This document shows positions 50,064-59,284 of a DNA stretch of 64,000 nucleotides, in pieces (the first letter of the stretch is position 1; the number at the start of each line of letters is the position of its first letter). This stretch comes from an uncultured delta proteobacterium (GTDB lineage Bacteria > Desulfobacterota > Binatia > UBA9968), in contig CAVYTU010000014.1 of the NCBI GenBank assembly GCA_963771465.1, forward strand, positions 992,001-1,056,000, read 5' to 3'. A program made the position numbers and the translations under genes. Below the pieces are notes generated by a model. That model ran no database searches. It had not been told where the DNA came from and saw only the letters and a list, made by a program, of their open reading frames with translations.

Positions 50064-50274
50064 GGCATTTTCTCCATTGATCCCACAACTTTCGTGACAA
50101 GTTAGTCTAGTCTAAATGCGCGGTTCAATTCAACGCTGAGCCACGTTCGATGCCGAGACCGCAGCCAGGAGCATGGCCGCCAGAACGACAAGGATGTTCA
50201 GAAATCTGCCGTTAGGTTGTAATTTGATTCCTACGGTTGTAATCGATTCTGAACTTTCGGTGAAGGGCGGCGTA

Positions 50275-52014
50275 ATGGCACAAGCGGCAAATGGCAACTG
50301 GGATCTGGTAGCGGATGTTATCGTGATTGGTTCGGGAGCGGCGGGGTTGCCGGCGGCGATCAAAGCCGTAGAAGGCGGGGCGTCGGTGATCGTTGTCGAG
50401 GCGAATTACGATGTCGGGGGACATGCAATCCTTAGCGGCGGTCATATGGCTTTGGGCGGCGGCACGAGCGCGCAGAAAAAATTTAATATTCCAGACTCGC
50501 CGGACACGGTTTTTTCCGATCTCACCGACTGGTCCATCGTCCAACCGAACGGCGCGCCAGATTTCCGCTACAACGACCGCGCGGTGATGCGCGCGTTTGC
50601 CGATCATTGCGCCCAGACTTTTGAATTTTTGCTTGCCAACGGTGTCGAATTTACCGACAAGGCGCCGGACAATCACGGCGCGTCGACGACAGGCAATTCG
50701 GCGCCACGAGAGAATCACGCGTTCTGGACCAAAGGCGCGGGACTGGAAAGCCCCAACGCCGCCGCGGGCACGGGCGTGATTAGGCCCCTGGAAGCGAGCG
50801 CGCGCAAAAAGGGCGTCAAGTTTCTACTGAACTACAAGATGACGGGTATTATTCGCGCGCCTTCGACGGAAAAAGGCGCCGGGCACGTGATCGGGATCGA
50901 TGCACAGTACACTCCGCGCATCATGCCCGGTTCATCCACGCCGCTCAAAAGCTTTCGCGCGGATGGCAATATCGAGAGCACGCAGCCGACGATGAAACTG
51001 CGCGCGCACAAAGCCGTGATCGTCGCCACCGGCGGCAGCACCAGCCATATCGAATTTCGCCGCATGTTCGATCCGCGCTTGACCCCAGTTATTCAAGTCG
51101 GCGGCGAGCCTTATACTTATCAAGATGCCAGCGGCGAGCTCGCGGCGATGGCGGTCGGCGCGGCATTATGGGGCCTTGCCAATCAGACGCTGGAAAACGG
51201 CGCGACCATGCGCACGCAACGCGCCCTGGCGACTAAGTATAATTACACGACCTGGAAATTGGAGAGCCCGATTTTTCCATTGGTGAAGGCGACCGGTTTC
51301 AACGTCAAAGATTGGCAAGACGTGATTCTCGTCAATCAGGTCGGCAAGCGCTTTTACGACGAGACCAAGGGCGACGTACCTCACGGCAATCTGGGCGGCC
51401 AAATCACGCCATGCACGCCCAACGATTATCGTAACGCGGAGAACGTCAAGTTTAACCCGACGCGATACAATTTTACCCACGCCGCATTGGCGATGAACGA
51501 ATACTCGGAGCCGCCGGACTATTGTGCCGGGCCGCAGTGGGCTATTTTCGACGCCGACGCGGTGGAGCGGGAAGGTTGGAAAGTGGTGCCGCCGTACGTC
51601 GATCCAGACGGCTATTTTTTTAGCGCCAACACACTCGTCGAACTTGCCGCGGCGATTAAGAATGAATATCAGGCGAAACCGATGAAGGGCGAGATTTTGC
51701 AAGCGACCGTGGAGCGCTACAACTCCTTCGTCGACTCCGGTGTGGATACGGATTTCGGCAAACCGGCGCCGAAACATAAAATTCAAAGAGCGCCGTTTTA
51801 CGCGGCGTGGGGAACGGTGATCGTGCACGATACGCGCGCCGGTTTAAGAATCAATGCCAGGTGCCAGGTGATCGACATGAACGGCCAGGTGATTCCCGGT
51901 TTATATTGCGCCGGGGAGTCCGCCGGCGGTTTCAATCAACACGGCATGGGTCGCTGTGCGACGCAGGGCTATATTTGCGGGGTTGACGCGGCGAAGTTGC
52001 CGCGGCGCGAATAG
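50275..52014 (+). CDS. FAD-binding oxidoreductase (fumarate reductase/TcuA/3-ketosteroid dehydrogenase superfamily)
   Basis: DVIVIGSGAAG, SGG, VATGG, VN..GKRF.DE, IPGLY.AGE. Confidence 0.85.
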   Translation: MAQAANGNWDLVADVIVIGSGAAGLPAAIKAVEGGASVIVVEANYDVGGHAILSGGHMALGGGTSAQKKFNIPDSPDTVFSDLTDWSIVQPNGAPDFRYNDRAVMRAFADHCAQTFEFLLANGVEFTDKAPDNHGASTTGNSAPRENHAFWTKGAGLESPNAAAGTGVIRPLEASARKKGVKFLLNYKMTGIIRAPSTEKGAGHVIGIDAQYTPRIMPGSSTPLKSFRADGNIESTQPTMKLRAHKAVIVATGGSTSHIEFRRMFDPRLTPVIQVGGEPYTYQDASGELAAMAVGAALWGLANQTLENGATMRTQRALATKYNYTTWKLESPIFPLVKATGFNVKDWQDVILVNQVGKRFYDETKGDVPHGNLGGQITPCTPNDYRNAENVKFNPTRYNFTHAALAMNEYSEPPDYCAGPQWAIFDADAVEREGWKVVPPYVDPDGYFFSANTLVELAAAIKNEYQAKPMKGEILQATVERYNSFVDSGVDTDFGKPAPKHKIQRAPFYAAWGTVIVHDTRAGLRINARCQVIDMNGQVIPGLYCAGESAGGFNQHGMGRCATQGYICGVDAAKLPRRE

Positions 52015-52109
52015 GCATGCTCGCCTCGCGGCGTAGAAGTGCGAGCGAAGCAAGTTGCAGCGCGGCGCGCATGGACGACTGCGATCTTAAAATTCGTCGC
52101 GCGCGCGAG

Positions 52110-52766
52110 CTAATCTTTTTTGCCGGGACGATTTTTAGGGCGCGAGAGGTATTCTTTCAACAGCGGCGAATCGTAATCGGCTTTACCGATTCCGTTGAGA
52201 TGGCCGTAGTATTTCCCCATGGATTTTCCCTGCTCGTCATACTTGGTTCCCATATAGAGTAACGGATTGGCGTCTTCACGGTAGAGCTCGCCTTCCATGA
52301 CGCCTTTGCGGATATGGGTCGCGAGCACTTCGCCGACGAATAGGTCCATGCCGTCGTCGAAGGGGATTTGGCGCACGACTTTGTATTCCACGTTGCCGAT
52401 CGCTTCTCCGATCAGCGGCACGGAGATTTTCGATGGCTTGACCGCGGTGAGCTTGGCGGCTTGCCATTTATCCACGTCGTGGCCGGAGATGTAGCCGGCG
52501 AAGACGACCACGTCCATCATCTTATCCGTCGGCGCGCTCATGACGAATTCGCCGCGCTCGAGCAGAAAATCGTAAGTCAAAGTTTTTTTCTGGATCGCCA
52601 CCACCATGCGCGACGGCTCGGCGCCGGTGGGCGTAAACCACATCGCCGTGAGAAAATTTAGCCGGTCGTTTTTTCCTCGGGTGACGACTAGCGACGGTAC
52701 GCGGATCGCGAACGGTTTGTTGCCGTGGTTGCCGGCTTCGAAATCAATCGGGTCTTGCCAGTTCAT
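52110..52766 (-). CDS. Flavin reductase family protein (DIM6/NTAB)
   Basis: GEFV, SG..VDK, VPLI.E, LFVGEV. Confidence 0.8.
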   Translation of the reverse strand: MNWQDPIDFEAGNHGNKPFAIRVPSLVVTRGKNDRLNFLTAMWFTPTGAEPSRMVVAIQKKTLTYDFLLERGEFVMSAPTDKMMDVVVFAGYISGHDVDKWQAAKLTAVKPSKISVPLIGEAIGNVEYKVVRQIPFDDGMDLFVGEVLATHIRKGVMEGELYREDANPLLYMGTKYDEQGKSMGKYYGHLNGIGKADYDSPLLKEYLSRPKNRPGKKD

Positions 52767-52924
52767 AGTCCTACGTTTTTATCGAATCGGCGATTCAATT
52801 CAACCGTAACGCCTTGGCGGAGGTTCGCGATGGGGCGCGAAGCCGCTAGCGTTACGAAAGCCGAATTCCCAGATCGCAACGGCGGGGTTGCTCCGACACC
52901 CGACAACATCGTAAAGAATCAGTC

Positions 52925-53923
52925 ATGCTCTACCTTTCACACGCCGATACCCAACGTCTCGATATCCGTATGACCGACGTGGTGCCTGCCATCGAAGAAG
53001 CTTTTCGCCGCGTCGGCAATGGTCAGGCTGTGGTCGCGCCGCGCGTGCGCGTGCTCCACCCGCCGCTGGAGAAAAACAGCATGGGCAAAGGCCGGCCGTG
53101 GGTGCGTGACCTGCGCATCATTCCCGGCGCTGTTGAAGACATCGGCTACGGCGTCCGTTTGGGAGCTTCGCTGCGCCGCCAAGGCGGCGGCGTGATTTTG
53201 GTTCTCTTCGACTGGCTGACCATGGAACTCGCAGCGTTGATCTCCGATCATTTAGTGCACGCGGTGCGCAGCACGGCGCCCTGCGGCGTGATGGCGAAAT
53301 ATCTCGCGCTGGAAAACGCTTCCACTTTGGCGCTCATCGGTTCCGGCCGTTTGGCTCGCTGGGCGGCTGAAGCGGTCTGCGCCGTGCGGCCGATCCGCGA
53401 CCTACGCGTGTGGAGCCCGACTCCGGGACACCGACTCGAATGTATCGAATATTTGCAAAGCCGTCTTGGCGCTTCGATTCAAGTTCGCGAAGCTGAAAAT
53501 AGTGAGACAGCGATCCGCGGCGCCGAGATCGTCGCCACGGCGACGAAATCGCTTGAGCCGGTGATGAAAGGCGAATGGCTCTCGCCGGGCTGCACCGTGC
53601 TCTGCAACACGCCGGAAGAGCTGGATCAGGAGACTTTTCTGCGCGGCAGAATCATTACGACTTACAACGATGGCATTCTTACCCATGTGCCGCCGTACCA
53701 TTCGCTGGTTGAATTGGTCGAAGCCGGCAAGTTGAGCGAGGCGGATTTTTCAACTGAGTTGGGCGACATCGTCGCCGGCAAAATTCCGGGCCGAGTATGG
53801 AAGGATCAAATAATCGTCGGCTTGAATCCCGCGTTCGGCATTCTCGACGCGGCGACCGCGGAGTTCGTATATCCGGAGAGCAAAGCAGATGGGGATTGGA
53901 ACGGAGTTGGAACCGTAGGATAG
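52925..53923 (+). CDS. Ornithine cyclodeaminase/mu-crystallin family protein; extreme C-terminus probably frameshifted near 53873
   Basis: IGSG..A, IVATAT, WL.PG, ELGDIVAGK.PGR; removing one base gives the typical YRRAKQMGIGTEL ending. Confidence 0.8.
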   Translation: MLYLSHADTQRLDIRMTDVVPAIEEAFRRVGNGQAVVAPRVRVLHPPLEKNSMGKGRPWVRDLRIIPGAVEDIGYGVRLGASLRRQGGGVILVLFDWLTMELAALISDHLVHAVRSTAPCGVMAKYLALENASTLALIGSGRLARWAAEAVCAVRPIRDLRVWSPTPGHRLECIEYLQSRLGASIQVREAENSETAIRGAEIVATATKSLEPVMKGEWLSPGCTVLCNTPEELDQETFLRGRIITTYNDGILTHVPPYHSLVELVEAGKLSEADFSTELGDIVAGKIPGRVWKDQIIVGLNPAFGILDAATAEFVYPESKADGDWNGVGTVG

Positions 53924-53950
53924 TATCGCTTCGCTCCATCCAATCTTACG
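53914..53950. repeat. GTAG-type REP-like palindrome
   Basis: CGTAGGATAG TATCGCTTCGCTCCATC CAATCTTACG. Confidence 0.5.
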
Positions 53951-54014
53951 GTGATGCCTTACAGCCCGCCGCGTCGTATTGTCTCTAAATACGCCACGTT
54001 CAACAAGCGATGCG

Positions 54015-54190
54015 ATGCTGAATGCTTTGTTCGAATTGATCTTAGAATTCGTCATCGAGTTTGTTTTCCAAATCCTGGTTGAGTTGGGATTTGAAAGCTT
54101 TGCTGAATGATGGCGACTTTCTGGAGTGGTGCGCTGTTCGCGTTTAGTATGTCGTGGGTGCGCTGGCTGCGGGTGGGCAGAGTGGTTTAA
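54015..54190 (+). pseudogene. Remnant of a small membrane-protein gene (N- and C-termini only)
   Basis: MLNALFELILEFVIEFVFQILVELGFESFAE* is immediately followed by ATFWSGALFAFSMSWVRW..*. Confidence 0.45.
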
Positions 54191-54310
54191 CAACCCACAG
54201 GCGCAAGCGCCGCGGTTTTCCGCGTTCCATTGATGTCATCCAATACCGCAATGCCGAGGAGTTTTACGGATTCAGATTTGACTAAGGCAGGCAGCTGCGG
54301 CGAACGAAAT

Positions 54311-54350
54311 GGTTGCCAGCTGCCGCGCTAGCGGGCAGGAGCTGGCAACC
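54311..54350. terminator. GC-rich hairpin downstream of the secreted-protein gene
   Basis: GGTTGCCAGCT...AGCTGGCAACC inverted repeat. Confidence 0.45.
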
Positions 54351-54373
54351 GCAATCGTTATTGCCGAATCGGA

Positions 54374-54901
54374 CTAATCGAACTTGACGATGCCGGCGGC
54401 GAACCAGTTGCCGCTGCCCGCGGTACGGATAAGCAGCATCGGGCTCGCGCATGTGGCCGGCGGTAACGGGACGAGGACATCGTCGATTTTGAAATCGCCA
54501 TTGTCGGCGAGCGGCACGCCCGTAGATGTGGTACTGCGCTCGGTAAATGGCGCCGCAGCTTCACAAATCAGTGTGGCAAACACGCTTTGTCCCGTCGCTC
54601 TGCCGGCGTTATTGCCGCCACCCAAAACTAGCCCTCGCCCTTCGACCTTAATATCTCCATTCATCTTCACCTCTGCCTTGAGGTCGGCGATCACCCAGAT
54701 CTGACCCGGCGGTTGAACGCCGCGGACAATATTCCGGTTCACGACCTCGGCGGTGGCAGCCGTGCCCACGCCGCTCGAGACCGGGATAGCGCCGATTCCG
54801 CCTTTAAATTTCGCCAGGATGCCTTCATCCGCAAGTACCGCCGACGCAAAAGAAACTCCGATGAAAAACACGAAAGTTGCGACGAAATAATTCTTTTTCA
54901 T
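54374..54901 (-). CDS. Secreted hypothetical protein
   Basis: Signal peptide, GGAGG RBS, two Cys residues, beta-rich. Confidence 0.7.
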   Translation of the reverse strand: MKKNYFVATFVFFIGVSFASAVLADEGILAKFKGGIGAIPVSSGVGTAATAEVVNRNIVRGVQPPGQIWVIADLKAEVKMNGDIKVEGRGLVLGGGNNAGRATGQSVFATLICEAAAPFTERSTTSTGVPLADNGDFKIDDVLVPLPPATCASPMLLIRTAGSGNWFAAGIVKFD

Positions 54902-55256
54902 AAAGGCACCTCCATGGGTTATTTTTTTACTTCTTTAGAACCGGCTTCAATTGTCAGTTGCTGATGAACCTCAGTCAGGCAGTGATTCTACTTGAGATGC
55001 CACTAGTGCTGTCAAACCCCAATCGGGGGAATTATGGTGTTCCCGATTGAGACCTGTTCCGAAGATCTAGAATCGAGTTCTCTTGCGATGCAGAGTATGA
55101 ATGACCGGGGCCGTTGCGGTTCCGAGCTTTGATTTTATAGCCGCAGATAATAAGTCGCAGGGAGAACCCGGCTACTGGGGATTCTTTCAGCAGGAAGAAA
55201 CACGCCGGACTAAAAGATTACCCGCCACGTCGTTGCGAGTAGGTTCCGGCTCCAGT

Positions 55257-55925
55257 CTATTTCGGCGCGAACACGAGGAAGTATTGATGCGGCAGGAACG
55301 TGTGTTCTTTGCTCAGTTTAAACCCATTGGCGTCCATTTGCTTGATGAGATCCTCGCGGGCGATTTTCATTTGCATGGGCGGGCCGAACGGCAATTCTTT
55401 TTTATGAAAGTCGATCATGACGATCTCGCCGCCGGGTTTGAGCATCTTCTTCATCGACGAAAGATATTGGGTCTGGTTCTCGACGTGATGCCAGACGTCG
55501 CAGATGAAAAAGCGATTGACCGATCGATCCGGCAGCAGTGGGTCGTCGGGATCGGCGAGGACCGTGACGACATTCGTGGTCTTCGTCTCGCGGATGCGCC
55601 GGGTGACGTGGCGCACCATGTCGGGGCTCACGTCGACGGCGTAGATTTTGCCTTTGTCGCCGACGTGATGTGACAGACGGAACGTAAAGTAGCCGGAACC
55701 GGCGCCGATGTCGGCGATCACCTCGCCTGGTTTGATATTCAGCGCCGTTAAAACTTCGTGCGGTTTCTGGTAAGCGTCGCGCTTGGGATCATCCAGCGCG
55801 CCGATGTATGATTTCGGATCATTATGCAGCTCATGCATCTTATGTTGATCGCGTTTGACGGCGTCCTGGCCGCTAACTGAGAGCGGGAGCATAAGAAAGG
55901 TTAGAACAAACCACACAAGTTTCAT
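55257..55925 (-). CDS. Class I SAM-dependent methyltransferase with signal peptide
   Basis: RDAYQKP..V, ADIGAGSGYF, YAVD, LKPGG. Confidence 0.88.
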   Translation of the reverse strand: MKLVWFVLTFLMLPLSVSGQDAVKRDQHKMHELHNDPKSYIGALDDPKRDAYQKPHEVLTALNIKPGEVIADIGAGSGYFTFRLSHHVGDKGKIYAVDVSPDMVRHVTRRIRETKTTNVVTVLADPDDPLLPDRSVNRFFICDVWHHVENQTQYLSSMKKMLKPGGEIVMIDFHKKELPFGPPMQMKIAREDLIKQMDANGFKLSKEHTFLPHQYFLVFAPK

Positions 55926-55947
55926 TGGTATCTCCTTGGATGCGTAC

Positions 55948-55973
55948 GTAGGAAGGTCGCGACCGTTCCCTAC
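55948..55973. repeat. GTAG-type REP palindrome
   Basis: GTAGGAAGGTCGCGACCGTTCCCTAC. Confidence 0.6.
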
Positions 55974-56060
55974 GTTAGCACTTCAGGAATGCGCGATTAA
56001 TAGCCACCATGGGCGAAAATTATTTGCCTGTTTTGCCGTTTCCCTGTATTCCTAATCGCT

Positions 56061-57428
56061 ATGGCACAGACTGAACTGAAACGACAACTGAGCTTGTTTG
56101 ACGCCGTGATGTTGATCGCCGGTGACATGATCGGTACGGGGATTTTTATTTCTACCGGGGCGATCGCCGAAACTCTGCCGACTCCCGGCGGCGTCTTGCT
56201 CGTGTGGCTGTTCGGCGGCCTGCTCGCGCTCGCGGGCGCGCTCACTTGCGCCGAGTTGTCGGCGAGTTTGCCCTACGCCGGCGGCGATTACATTTACATC
56301 CGCGAAGCCTACGGCAGGCTGATGGGTTTCTTGTCAGGCTGGTCGTCGTTTCTCGTGACGTTCTCCGGGGCGATCGCTTTTCTTGCCGTAATTTTGAATG
56401 GCTTTGCGTCGTTTTTCTTTCCGGTGCTCGGTTCTCAAGACTTGCTGTTCTCGATCCCGCTGCCGCTGATTCCGATCAGCGCGACGGTGGGCACGTTGTT
56501 TTCCATGGCTGTGGTTTTACTCCTGTCGGGACTGCACTGCTTGGGCGTCAGGCAAGGAACGCTGACGCAAAATATTTTGACTACGCTGAAGATCGGCGCG
56601 CTGTTGGCAATCATCGTCTTCGGCGTTCTGTTCGGCGACGGCAACACGAGCCATTTTGAACCGCTCTTCGATTGGCAGAAGATCGGCAACTTCAGTTTGT
56701 TCGGCGCGGCCTTTATTCCGGTGATCTTCGCTTACTCAGGATGGAATGCGGTGACCTATATCGCCGGCGAAGTGAAAGATCCGGAGCGCAATCTTCCGCG
56801 CGCTCTGATGTACGGCGTGCTGATCGTGATGGCGCTCTATTTGGCGATCAACGCGGTCTATATTTACGCTGTTCCAGTCACTGAGATGAAAGGGGCGCTG
56901 CGCATGTCGGAGGTCGCCACGACGGCGCTGTTCGGCCTTAAAACCTCGGCTTGGATCACCGGCATCATCACGATCTCGATTCTCGGCGCGCTCAACGTCG
57001 TAACGATGATCGGGCCGCGCATTTACTACGCGATGGCCAAGGACGGAGTCTTTTTCAAGCAACTCACCTATGTTCATCCCAAATTCGGCACTCCCACCAA
57101 GGCCATCATGCTTCAAGCGCTGTGGAGCTGTTTGCTGATACTCACCAACACTTGGGGAACCTTGTTTACTTATGTCAGCGTCGCGATCACGCTGTTCTCG
57201 GCGTTCACCGTCGCCTCAGTCATCGTGCTGCGTTACAAGCGGCCCGAACTCAAGCGGCCCTATCGGCTCTGGGGTTATCCGCTCGTGCCGATCCTTTTTG
57301 TCCTCGTTCATCTCTGGATCGTCTGGGGCTCGGTGACGGAAAAGCCGACGGAATCGCTCATTGGGCTCTTCATCGTCTGTCTGGGGATTCCGGTGTATTG
57401 GATTTGGCGAAGACAGCCGAGCCGCTGA
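56061..57428 (+). CDS. APC-family amino acid permease
   Basis: MIGTGIF, AEL...P.AGG.Y, FAYSGWN, GEVKDPERNLPRA, RPYR.WGYP. Confidence 0.92.
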   Translation: MAQTELKRQLSLFDAVMLIAGDMIGTGIFISTGAIAETLPTPGGVLLVWLFGGLLALAGALTCAELSASLPYAGGDYIYIREAYGRLMGFLSGWSSFLVTFSGAIAFLAVILNGFASFFFPVLGSQDLLFSIPLPLIPISATVGTLFSMAVVLLLSGLHCLGVRQGTLTQNILTTLKIGALLAIIVFGVLFGDGNTSHFEPLFDWQKIGNFSLFGAAFIPVIFAYSGWNAVTYIAGEVKDPERNLPRALMYGVLIVMALYLAINAVYIYAVPVTEMKGALRMSEVATTALFGLKTSAWITGIITISILGALNVVTMIGPRIYYAMAKDGVFFKQLTYVHPKFGTPTKAIMLQALWSCLLILTNTWGTLFTYVSVAITLFSAFTVASVIVLRYKRPELKRPYRLWGYPLVPILFVLVHLWIVWGSVTEKPTESLIGLFIVCLGIPVYWIWRRQPSR

Positions 57429-57433
57429 AGGCG

Positions 57434-57524
57434 GAATTGAGAATGGATAATGGATAATTGATAATGTCGGAAACGCCCTATTTTTAGTCTTTAATTATCC
57501 ATTTTCAATTATCATTATCCATTT
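57434..57524. repeat. Inverted pair of heptamer tandem repeats, (T/G)AAT(G/T)GA
   Basis: GAATTGA GAATGGA TAATGGA TAATTGA ... TTAATTA TCCATTT TCAATTA. Confidence 0.75.
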
Positions 57525-57527
57525 GAT

Positions 57528-58136
57528 ATGGTTCGCATCACCAAAGTTTACACGCGCACCGGCGACCGCGGCGAGACCGGGTTGGTCGGCGGCAAACGTG
57601 TGGCGAAAGACTCGCTTCGGGTGGAAGCCTACGGCGCCATCGACGAGCTCAACTCCATCGTCGGACTGGCGCGGGTGTTCAATGAAGAGGACCGCGCCGC
57701 TGGCGCAGCGCATGAGTTCTTGGACGAAGTGTTGTGCCAGATACAAGACGAGCTGTTCGACGTGGGCAGTGAGCTGGCCACACCGCCGGAATTTTTCACC
57801 GAGGGTATGTATCGAGTGGCCGACGATGAAGTCAAACGGCTCGAAAAACTGATGGATCGCTGTCAGAAAGACCTCGAACCGCTCAAGTCCTTCGTGCTGC
57901 CCGGCGGCGGGCGCATCGGCGCTTACTTGCATCAATGCCGCACCGTGTGCCGGCGCGCCGAGCGCGATATTCTCCGCCTGTCGCGCAGCGAAGAAGTAAA
58001 TCCGACACTGCTTAAATATGTTAACCGGCTGAGCGATTTATTTTTCGTCCTGGCGCGCTGGATCAGCAAGCAGATGGGCGAGCAGGAATATTTGTGGCAG
58101 CGCGGCTTAAAGAATCAAGGCAAAAGGAAAAAGTAA
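57528..58136 (+). CDS. pduO: PduO-type cob(I)alamin adenosyltransferase
   Basis: KVYTRTGD.GET, EAYG.IDELNS, FVLPGG, RTVCRRAER, YVNRLSDLFF. Confidence 0.92.
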   Translation: MVRITKVYTRTGDRGETGLVGGKRVAKDSLRVEAYGAIDELNSIVGLARVFNEEDRAAGAAHEFLDEVLCQIQDELFDVGSELATPPEFFTEGMYRVADDEVKRLEKLMDRCQKDLEPLKSFVLPGGGRIGAYLHQCRTVCRRAERDILRLSRSEEVNPTLLKYVNRLSDLFFVLARWISKQMGEQEYLWQRGLKNQGKRKK

Positions 58137-58176
58137 AAAGAAAAGAAAACCGCAGAAGAGCTAAAATTGGCTGGGT

Positions 58177-59166
58177 ATGAAACACATCATCGGACTACTG
58201 GTGATCTTTGCGACTCTGGTGGTCTGTGTGGCTGTGGCGGAGGCGCAGCAGCCGAAGAAAGTTGCGCGCATATGTTATCTAGGGAACACCGTTTCGGTCC
58301 ACAGCGATTAATGATAAAGCCATTTCGTCAACGTTTACGTGAGCTCGGCTATGTCGAGGGGCAGAACATCACAATCGAGTACCGGTATTTTGAGGGAAAA
58401 GTTGAGCGCCTTCCAGATCTTGCCGCTGAGTTAGTCCGTCTCAACTGTGATGTCATCGTTACCCAAGGAACTGAAGCGGCGGAGGCTGCTAAAAACGCGA
58501 CCAAGACGATCCCCGTTGTCATGGCATTCGGCGCGGATGCCGTAAAGCGTGGCATCGTCGCGGACCTCGCGCGCCCCGGTGGAAACATCACCGGGACTGA
58601 CCAATATGGGCGCCGAGCTATACGGAAAACGGCTCGAACTATTAAAAGAAACGGTTCCCAAGCTCTCGCGGGTGGCTTTTCTCTGGAGTCCGACCAATCC
58701 CAGACGCGGCCGATGACGTTGAAAGAGATGGAGACTGTGGCGCGGTTTTTACGGGTAGGGCTTCAATCCTTAGAGGTGAAAGGGCCTGATGACTTCGAAG
58801 GGGCATTTCAAGCCGCAACCAAAAAGCGTGCTCAGGCGCTTATTGCTGGGAGGCGGCGGGTTCTTCGGCTGCTCACGAAAAACGGATCATAGAGCTAGCG
58901 GCAAAGAACCGGCTTCCAGCAATGTATATTGTCGACATCGGTATGTCGAGGCAGGTGGACTGATGTCTTACGGAGAGGATCGTGCAGAGATGTTCCGGCG
59001 CGCCGCTGAGATCGTGGATAAGATTCTCAAGGGGACAAAACCCGCTGACATACCTGTGGAGCGGCCCAAGAAGTTCGATTTCGTCATCAATCTCAAGGCG
59101 GCGAAGCAGATCGGCCTGACGGTTCCGCCCGAAGTGTTGGCGCGGGCGAGTAGAATCATTCGATAA
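58177..59166 (+). pseudogene. PF04392-type (AQQP.KV.RI) ABC substrate-binding protein with several frameshifts
   Basis: MKHII..AEAQQPKKVARI / LRELGYVEGQNI.IEYR / LARPGGNITG / KRLELLKE..P / GGLMSYG..KILKG.KPAD.PVE.P lie in shifting frames. Confidence 0.82.
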
Positions 59167-59284
59167 TTGCGGAGAAAGGCAAAAGTAAAAGGGTAAAAGT
59201 AAAAGAAAAGCCGAGTGATTGTCTGGATTCTCTTTCAGAGATCGGACGTCCGAACTCTGAATTCCGATCTCGGGAGGTCTACTG

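Noticed and set aside
54975-55200. Cobalamin riboswitch (GCCACT and GAGACCTG words, with pduO nearby)
   Set aside because: The core elements and their order (GGGAA-cGGTG-AA.tCC, ACTG..GGGAAG) are missing, and the region is not a leader of a B12 gene.
57434-57524. CRISPR array
   Set aside because: These are contiguous degenerate heptamers with no unique spacers, and there are no cas genes.
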